This document shows positions 26,295 to 32,000 of a DNA stretch of 32,000 nt, piece after piece (the stretch's first letter is position 1; each line of letters starts with the position of its first letter). Origin of the DNA: Candidatus Methanoperedens sp. (lineage in GTDB: Archaea > Halobacteriota > Methanosarcinia > Methanosarcinales > Methanoperedenaceae); the NCBI GenBank assembly GCA_041494705.1, contig JBGQBI010000004.1, positions 240,001 through 272,000 on the forward strand, given 5' to 3'. The notes beneath the pieces were generated by a model. That model did not search any database. It was not told the origin of the DNA and saw nothing but the letters and a program-made list of their open reading frames with translations. A program made the position numbers and the translations under genes.

Positions 26295-26917
26295 ACCCCA
26301 TATGCCCACAATTCGATAATCTTATATGTTATACTGTTTTTTTTAATGAATTCCATAATCTTATTTTTATTTTCAGCAGGAACGGCAATAACACTCCGTT
26401 CTATTTTTTTACCTGATAATTCTTCCAACAGCCCTTTTGAAACAAAGATTTTCTCCCCAACTCTTTGCTTGTAGCCGTATAATTCTCTCCAGAGTTTAAT
26501 CTTTTTGTTCCTGTCCATCCTGCTGAAATCCAGGACAAACATGGCATAATATTTCGCTCCTTTCGGCATTTCTTCAAATTTCCCATATAAAATGATGCCG
26601 CTGCTGATAACGCTTCTGTAAATATCCCATTTCTCAAGCTTGCCAGCTTTTATCGACAGAGGATTCTTCAATCCTTTGAGTCCCCATTTTTCATTTATCT
26701 CTGATTTTTCAAATGCCTTCATCAGTTTTTTTATGGCATTTTCAACGGCTTTTTCTTTTTCCGTATCTATAAAAATGTCTATATCACTTTCGCTGTCAAA
26801 GTCCCCGCGTGCTACTGAACCAAAAAGAATTATTTTGTTTATGTCGGCGCCTATTTCCGACTTCAGCAAAAATGAGGAAAAATCCATAGCATAAGCTACA
26901 AGTTCATTTTTATTCAT
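26291..26917 (-). CDS. Nucleotidyltransferase-domain protein with ~95-aa C-terminal extension (Cas2/VapD-like by eye)
   Basis: The NTase signature is ILFGSVARGDFDSESDIDIFI. The C-terminal part YYAMFVLDFSRMDRNKKIKLWRELYGYKQRVGEKIFVS... resembles the Cas2 N-terminal beta1-alpha1-beta2 pattern. Confidence 0.75.
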   Translation of the reverse strand: MNKNELVAYAMDFSSFLLKSEIGADINKIILFGSVARGDFDSESDIDIFIDTEKEKAVENAIKKLMKAFEKSEINEKWGLKGLKNPLSIKAGKLEKWDIYRSVISSGIILYGKFEEMPKGAKYYAMFVLDFSRMDRNKKIKLWRELYGYKQRVGEKIFVSKGLLEELSGKKIERSVIAVPAENKNKIMEFIKKNSITYKIIELWAYGV

Positions 26918-27308
26918 TGAGTATCCCCAGAATAATCATCTCAACTTCGTTGAAAAGTTCTATAATCTCTTTTATGTTCTCTTTCGACTTTGGGGCACCG
27001 TAGGTCAGCAACTCGCTTGAATTTTCCAGAACAATCATTTTTTTAAGAATCTTGTCCTTATTCTCAAAAGCAGGTAGTTTTTCAGAGACCTTTTCAGACT
27101 TGAACCACCTGTGATTTAGCTGAAAGCCTTCATCAACAAGCTTTTTCCTGTGCAGATATGCGGAAAGAAGCTCGACTACTGCTCGCGAGGCATTAAGCCC
27201 GACGGTTCTCTGGGATTTCTCCAAGCCTCGTATCTCAAGAGCCCATGAGAAAATGTTGTCTTTATATTCCTGATACGCTTTCAGGTGGTCTTCCTCTTTC
27301 ATGAGCAT
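26910..27308 (-). CDS. Helical 132-aa partner protein (possibly divergent HEPN-like), unknown function
   Basis: It overlaps the downstream NTase gene by 8 nt. The segment SRAVVELLSAYLHRKKLVDEGFQLNHRW loosely recalls the HEPN helix pair. No clean Rx4-6H motif is present. Confidence 0.5.
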   Translation of the reverse strand: MLMKEEDHLKAYQEYKDNIFSWALEIRGLEKSQRTVGLNASRAVVELLSAYLHRKKLVDEGFQLNHRWFKSEKVSEKLPAFENKDKILKKMIVLENSSELLTYGAPKSKENIKEIIELFNEVEMIILGILNE

Positions 27309-27352
27309 GTTATTATGTGACCTGATACATAAAGGTTATGTTACCTTGTCGC

Positions 27353-27396
27353 ATATGTGACATGGTATATAAAATTTTTGAGACCATGTCGCATAT
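27353..27396. promoter_or_regulatory. 14-bp inverted repeat bracketing a TATA-like box upstream of the 132-aa/NTase operon
   Basis: The left arm ATATGTGACATGGT (27353-66) matches the reverse complement of ACCATGTCGCATAT (27383-96) at 13 of 14 positions. The spacer contains TTTTATATA when read on the minus strand. Confidence 0.5.
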
Positions 27397-27445
27397 TGTC
27401 TATAGAAGATGGAAACCTGTTTCTATATCCGCGTTGACTGATGTA

Positions 27446-28015
27446 TCAAGCCTTCCCCGTTGACTCCCCCAGCACAACACCAGTCGCGATAAGATGCGCC
27501 ACGCGAAGAGGCTCAGGGATATTGCTGTGTGTTGATGTCGTGCGCACAAGCTCAACCGCGCTTTCCTTATCGATTCCGCACAACTGGATAAAAACCGGGT
27601 TCTCCTGCGTTATTTTATATATTTTGCCTGCACGCCGGATTATTTCCCATCTTTTTTCTTTCTCAGGCAGGTGTTCGAGGGCGAGTTTTATTTTTTCAAA
27701 GTCAGGACATGAGCGCATGAAAACAATGACAGGAATATTTGTTTCTTCAAATATTTTTTTTATATCCACGGGATTGAACCCTGCGTATGTGACGCCGTCT
27801 AGCATTATTACCCTTATCTGTGAGTAATATTTCGAATTCCTGACCATCCCGGTAATAATATCGGTTGCATCCATTCCGTCCTTTGTTATTTCGGACTTCA
27901 GGATGCCATCGAGCTGCCCGCCACCCCTGAAAAAAGCGCCTATGATTGTGACCTTTTCATTTATCAGGGCAGAATCATCGATACCAAGAATCCTTATTTG
28001 TGGTTTTATGTGCAT
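27446..28015 (-). CDS. UPF0215/DUF99 family protein (endonuclease V-like fold)
   Basis: The N-terminal IRILGIDDSAL is typical of DUF99. The protein is about 190 aa. Confidence 0.75.
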   Translation of the reverse strand: MHIKPQIRILGIDDSALINEKVTIIGAFFRGGGQLDGILKSEITKDGMDATDIITGMVRNSKYYSQIRVIMLDGVTYAGFNPVDIKKIFEETNIPVIVFMRSCPDFEKIKLALEHLPEKEKRWEIIRRAGKIYKITQENPVFIQLCGIDKESAVELVRTTSTHSNIPEPLRVAHLIATGVVLGESTGKA

Positions 28016-28074
28016 AGTTTTTTTATATAGATTTCAGTTAATCTTAATACTGCTCGCTATAATATAAACGGCTT

Positions 28075-28800
28075 ATGATGTTCGCCAAGAAATGCCCGAA
28101 GTGCGGCGGCAATGTTCAGACAAAGAGTCTAAAAAAGTCCATCGGACTTGGATTCGTAAATATCCCGGTGGCACAGTTTTGCCTGAATCCGGTATGCGAT
28201 TGGTACCAGGATTTCGCTGAAACCAAAGAACCGGAAGAGATTAAAGAGGGGTTTCAAATTAAAGTACCGTCTATCAAAAGTAAGTTACCTGAACTTAAAA
28301 AACCCAATTTATCCCAAAAACATTTCATTGCGCTGGCGGCTGTTGTAGTTATTATTGGAATTTACATTCTGTTTTCGTATTTATCGCCCACAGTTCATTC
28401 CCCGGGACTCCTGCCACAGCAACCAGACGTGCCCAAAACAAATATGCCTCTGGTAAATACAACCCACCCGCCTGTGGCCGCTTCACCTCAAACCCCGGCA
28501 GTACCGCAGGTGATTGCGGAGCAAAAGAAATATTCAATAAAATTTGATGTTTCGCATGGTTTTAATCCTAAAGTTCTAACCATAAACAGGTCAGATACCG
28601 TAATCTGGAATAACGATGAAAACCAGCGTCCGAGGGTGGTTCTTGTAAGTAAGGATGGTCTTTTTAAAAACAGGCTCATGGAATATTCTGAAAAATACCA
28701 GTACCAGTTCAACCAGTCGGGAAGCTATATTTTTGTGCAGGCTGAATATCCTTCCTTGAATGAATACCCGAATGCCACGAATGAAATCATTGTCAAATAA
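28075..28800 (+). CDS. Membrane-anchored protein: N-terminal zinc ribbon, one TM helix, Pro-rich linker, C-terminal cupredoxin-like beta domain
   Basis: The zinc ribbon is CPKCGG...CLNPVC and the TM helix is HFIALAAVVVIIGIYILFSYL. The linker is PQQPDVPKTNMPLVNTTHPPVAASPQTPAVPQ. The C-terminal KVLTINRSDTVIWNNDE lacks Cu ligands. Confidence 0.55.
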   Translation: MMFAKKCPKCGGNVQTKSLKKSIGLGFVNIPVAQFCLNPVCDWYQDFAETKEPEEIKEGFQIKVPSIKSKLPELKKPNLSQKHFIALAAVVVIIGIYILFSYLSPTVHSPGLLPQQPDVPKTNMPLVNTTHPPVAASPQTPAVPQVIAEQKKYSIKFDVSHGFNPKVLTINRSDTVIWNNDENQRPRVVLVSKDGLFKNRLMEYSEKYQYQFNQSGSYIFVQAEYPSLNEYPNATNEIIVK

Positions 28801-28871
28801 AATTTTCACGTTTATTCATCTGGAAAGCATTATATTCTATAAACCTGTATAATAGTTATAGGGTGAAAATA

Positions 28872-29105
28872 ATGGCAGTTGGTTTCGTATTAATAAATGT
28901 CGCGCCGGGCGCGGAAAAAAAAGTTTTTGACACGATGATAAAATGGGATGAAATCCAGGAACTATACCCGCTTTTCGGTGATTATGACCTGATAGCGAAA
29001 ATCCAGGCGCCGGATTATGAGGCGTTGAGCGATATCGTAGTGAACAAGATAAGGGCTCTTAAAGGCGTCACAGAAACAAAAACACTGACAGGCGCAAAAT
29101 TCTAG
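28872..29105 (+). CDS. Stand-alone Lrp/AsnC-type ligand-binding (RAM) domain protein
   Basis: The sequence MAVGFVLINVAPGAEKKVFDTMIKWDEIQELYPLFGDYDLIAKIQAPDYEAL...TETKTL shows the typical RAM fold pattern. An alternative GTG start lies at 28863. Confidence 0.75.
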   Translation: MAVGFVLINVAPGAEKKVFDTMIKWDEIQELYPLFGDYDLIAKIQAPDYEALSDIVVNKIRALKGVTETKTLTGAKF

Positions 29106-29122
29106 ATATCATCCCGGCTTAC

Positions 29123-29434
29123 ATGACACAATATGAATCATTAATATTGCCGTGTATCATCTCGATAACGGTTGCTTTAACATGGATTATTTTTCTTTTC
29201 ATGGAAGCTTCATCAAAAATCAATAAATCGTTTGTTGTAGCCTCTTATTCTATAGTATTTGTTTCAATCGCAATGTTCACCGTTTCTTTGTTTTATATAA
29301 TCCAAAATATAATCATGGAAGCCCCAACCAAAAAGTGGGCAGACCCCTTTATCCTGGGGTGGCTGTTTCTTTACATTTCGTTCTTCATAATCATTTACGA
29401 TATCTACTCTGTCATGAAACCGCATAAAAAGTGA
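29123..29434 (+). CDS. Small integral membrane protein, unknown function
   Basis: This 103-aa protein has three hydrophobic segments. Confidence 0.45.
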   Translation: MTQYESLILPCIISITVALTWIIFLFMEASSKINKSFVVASYSIVFVSIAMFTVSLFYIIQNIIMEAPTKKWADPFILGWLFLYISFFIIIYDIYSVMKPHKK

Positions 29435-29449
29435 TAATTACCCGCTCTT

Positions 29450-30214
29450 TTAAAAAAACCTGGATGCGAGAGTAGATTTCACATCGCACATTCCCGTAAA
29501 CCCGCAATATTCGCAGGGCGCATCTTTTGGTTTTTCCGGCATGATGCCATTCTGTATTTTTTTAATTTTTTCAAGAATCTGGAGAACATTTCTCCGTTCA
29601 TGACGCCTGATTGCCGCCTCTCTCACCATACCCAACCGTGCATATTCCACAAACCCGCGCCTGACCGGTATATCATATTTTTCTTCAACCAGAACTGCAT
29701 AGGCGGTCAACTGCAGCCTGTCGCCATGCCAGATGCCATTTAAAGGCATATTTCCTGTTTTTATTATTGATGGTGTGAGTTCATCGTTCGTTCTTATCAA
29801 TCTATCCGGGCTTCCGGTCATACCAAATTTTTCAGATTGGAGCGATTCATTATGGCTCACTTCACCTGCAAAAAAACCATTGTACGAAGAAAGGTTCGAA
29901 CAAATAACTAGAAGACAGGAGCGAACATCCGTAACTGCCTCTGCAAGCATTTCATCATCGATGCTGTCGAGTTCATTGCGATAAATCACAGGGATTTCCT
30001 TTAAAATCCGGTCAAGTTCCAAATTCAGGATGGAAAGTTTATCTTCGCTATTAAAAGCGAGGTCATATACCAGAGCCAGTTCTTTCAGTATAATGCCCTC
30101 CAGATAGCCGGGAGTGCCCTCTTTTATTAAATTATGTCCTTTATTCGTGAAAAAGCACATCCTGGGGCATTTGTGATAAATTGTAATATCCGAGACCCTT
30201 ATCATGGAGTTCAA
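29450..30214 (-). CDS. Cas4-family (DUF83) PD-(D/E)xK nuclease with four-Cys cluster, stand-alone
   Basis: The N-terminus has YHKCPRMCFF and the C-terminus has CEYCGFTGMC. QLTAYAVL provides the QxxxY motif. The core is GSPDRLIRTNDELTPSIIKTG. Confidence 0.72.
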   Translation of the reverse strand: MNSMIRVSDITIYHKCPRMCFFTNKGHNLIKEGTPGYLEGIILKELALVYDLAFNSEDKLSILNLELDRILKEIPVIYRNELDSIDDEMLAEAVTDVRSCLLVICSNLSSYNGFFAGEVSHNESLQSEKFGMTGSPDRLIRTNDELTPSIIKTGNMPLNGIWHGDRLQLTAYAVLVEEKYDIPVRRGFVEYARLGMVREAAIRRHERRNVLQILEKIKKIQNGIMPEKPKDAPCEYCGFTGMCDVKSTLASRFF

Positions 30215-30301
30215 AATACTGCAAACATTTAAAAATATTGCTATTTGAAATCGTTAATTGTCCGGACGGGACGGAAGTCTTTTGTAGAATCAATTTCTTA
30301 C

Positions 30302-30874
30302 ATGGTTATAATGAGGACAGGAACTAACCGAAAGATAATTCTCCTTTCTTTAGGGCTGGCAGTACTTGGCTTTGTGTTTTTTCTTCCATTATATACGGGC
30401 GCTTTTACAAATCCGGATTTTACCAGGTGCGATGCCTGCCATGTGCGGGTGGGGGATGAACTCTCACGGAGTGCCCTCCATAAGGACCTAAAATGCACCA
30501 GTTGCCACAATGTCACCGATTTCGCCCCTGATTTATATTCACACAATGCAACAACCGTTGAGTGTACCTGGTGCCATAATGAGACGAATGCCACCCAATT
30601 TATCGGTGATGCGCACACCGATTTCCAAAATGCCAGTTCCAATAGTTCCATTTTCGTTGGCAGGAATGAGATGTGTGTTTCCTGTCATACAGCTATTGAC
30701 CTTGAAATAGAATGGCATTCGTATAAAGGTATGAATATGACAGTTTCAAGTCGTAGCGGAGCCTGGGAAACGCAGTTCTCCTCCGTGTCCGGAGATAATA
30801 AATCAATCAGTTATACCAATTATACTAACTACCTGAATAATACAAATTGGACAAACAGGTCAAATAATTCATGA
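30302..30874 (+). CDS. Tetrahaem c-type cytochrome with N-terminal signal anchor
   Basis: There are four CxxCH motifs: CDACH, CTSCH, CTWCH and CVSCH. The hydrophobic N-terminus is KIILLSLGLAVLGFVFFLPL. I count about 13 N-x-S/T sequons. I take the start at ATG 30302 rather than TTG 30245. Confidence 0.85.
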   Translation: MVIMRTGTNRKIILLSLGLAVLGFVFFLPLYTGAFTNPDFTRCDACHVRVGDELSRSALHKDLKCTSCHNVTDFAPDLYSHNATTVECTWCHNETNATQFIGDAHTDFQNASSNSSIFVGRNEMCVSCHTAIDLEIEWHSYKGMNMTVSSRSGAWETQFSSVSGDNKSISYTNYTNYLNNTNWTNRSNNS

Positions 30875-32000
30875 AACCAGAGAATATATTTATTTTAATA
30901 ATAGTATTTGTTTCTGTTTCGGTTTTTGCCAGCTCTGCTGCCAACGGGTCTGCAATTGTCATACGGGCGCCTCCGGATAATTATTTGACCAATGTATCCG
31001 TAGTTACAGTTACCGGAGAAGCTGACCCCGGTGCGGTATTGAGTTTGAATGGCGTATTACTTTCAAACAACAACGGTATTTTTTCAAAAAACATAACGCT
31101 GGCTGAAGGATTGAACAGAATAATCATTACGGCTCAACAGAACGGGAATGTATCAACTGCAACCGTAAATGTCACCCTTGATACAATAAGTCCCGGAGTA
31201 ATAATAACATCGCCTGATACGAAATACATTAATACGACTGCTCTTAACATCAGTTACACTTCCAATGCCACAGATATCGAATCGTACAGGGTCCGCCTGA
31301 ACAAACAGGAATGGGTGGTGACCAATGAAACATATTATTTATTCAATGCAACAGAAGGTCCGGCTTTAATTGAGGTTCAGGCAATAGACCATGCAGGCAA
31401 TATCGGGGAGATGAGCCGGAATCTCACTGTTGATACCATCCCGCCATTGATTGAAATAACCAGACCTGACATTAATGAACCTATCATCAGCAGGACTGTG
31501 GAAATTTCAGGCAGGACTGCGATAGGTGCCAATGTTACCCTGAACGGAGTGAACCTTACCAATAATAACGGTACATGGAGCAGCGAAATATTGCTTTGGG
31601 CAGTTAATAATCCTGTCCGCATAGAAAGCACAGACCCTGCCGGGAATAAAGCTGTGAAGACGATTAATATCCGCATCGGGGAAAATTTCAGTAATACAAT
31701 GCCTTTTCAGGATTTCTTCAATCAAACGATTAATTTCAACAGAATAGGGACGTTTGAAGAGAAAAGCAAAGCCGTTTCAGGGAAATATGTGAGCTACCTG
31801 TTTGATAATAATTATTCCGCTTTTATGGGATATTCCATCAACAATTCGGAATCCGAAACAGTATGGTTCAATAAAATATATATTTCAAATTTCACAGCCG
31901 AAAATATCAGCGTTTCCGGCTCTGTTGCCAGATATTTCCAAAACATGAAATTCGGCCGGAAGCATTATATCGGTTTTGAAATGCATGACAACAAAATGGG
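30871..32000 (+). CDS. Large secreted surface protein with repeated Ig-like modules (3' end outside window)
   Basis: My own translation shows the frame open from ATG 30871 to the window end, at least 376 aa. The signal peptide is MKPENIFILIIVFVSVSVFASSAANG. The modules repeat (...LNGVLLSNNNGIFSKNITL... and ...LNGVNLTNNNGTWSSEILL...). The junctions are DTISPGVIITSPD and DTIPPLIEITRPD. This ORF is absent from the track. Confidence 0.78.
   Translation, partial: MKPENIFILIIVFVSVSVFASSAANGSAIVIRAPPDNYLTNVSVVTVTGEADPGAVLSLNGVLLSNNNGIFSKNITLAEGLNRIIITAQQNGNVSTATVNVTLDTISPGVIITSPDTKYINTTALNISYTSNATDIESYRVRLNKQEWVVTNETYYLFNATEGPALIEVQAIDHAGNIGEMSRNLTVDTIPPLIEITRPDINEPIISRTVEISGRTAIGANVTLNGVNLTNNNGTWSSEILLWAVNNPVRIESTDPAGNKAVKTINIRIGENFSNTMPFQDFFNQTINFNRIGTFEEKSKAVSGKYVSYLFDNNYSAFMGYSINNSESETVWFNKIYISNFTAENISVSGSVARYFQNMKFGRKHYIGFEMHDNKM

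Noticed and set aside
1-32000. CRISPR array or cas1/cas2 genes to go with the Cas4-like gene
   Set aside because: I found no regularly spaced 25-40 bp direct repeats anywhere in the window and no Cas1-like ORF.

Overview
This window reads as archaeal chromosome, judged by eye from motifs only; no database search was run. The gene content is Methanosarcinales-like. A haem-rich, sequon-rich surface module hints at an ANME-2d/Methanoperedens-type organism, but that is inference.

Housekeeping backbone:
- Replication and repair genes: a three-OB-fold RPA, radA, and orc1/cdc6.
- An adjacent replication origin, with an AT-rich unwinding element and at least three same-strand ORB boxes (YTCCA-NN-GGAAAT-AA-GGGGTT).
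- Other core genes: hisS, hisF, hisB, nadA, pyrF, signal peptidase I, DGGGP synthase, phosphoglycolate phosphatase, a CNNM/CBS transporter, fprA plus rubredoxin, nifB, a LarE-like PP-loop sulfurtransferase, tRNA-Ser(UGA), and a dsrH/E/F-like plus tusA operon.

Accessory material, visibly AT-richer than the backbone:
- A two-gene low-GC islet at about 4.8-6.0 kb, encoding a 71-aa protein and a 311-aa protein with a PD-(D/E)xK-like C-terminus.
- A UPF0175/DUF3368 toxin-antitoxin pair next to a decayed PIN gene.
- A canonical MNT-HEPN pair.
- A second, atypical nucleotidyltransferase module whose NTase carries a Cas2/VapD-like C-terminal extension.
- A DUF99 EndoV-like gene and a solo Cas4-family nuclease.

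Items not in the supplied ORF track:
- A textbook C/D box sRNA whose C box contains the pyrF stop codon.
- A 51-aa rubredoxin.
- A 51-aa zinc-ribbon ORF.
- A truncated PIN pseudogene.
- An ORF open to the window end (30871 onward) encoding a large glycosylation-sequon-rich surface protein, translationally coupled to a tetrahaem cytochrome c.

Near-canonical ORB boxes also occur outside the origin. One lies between rpa and radA. A cluster flanks an AT-rich stretch next to tRNA-Ser.
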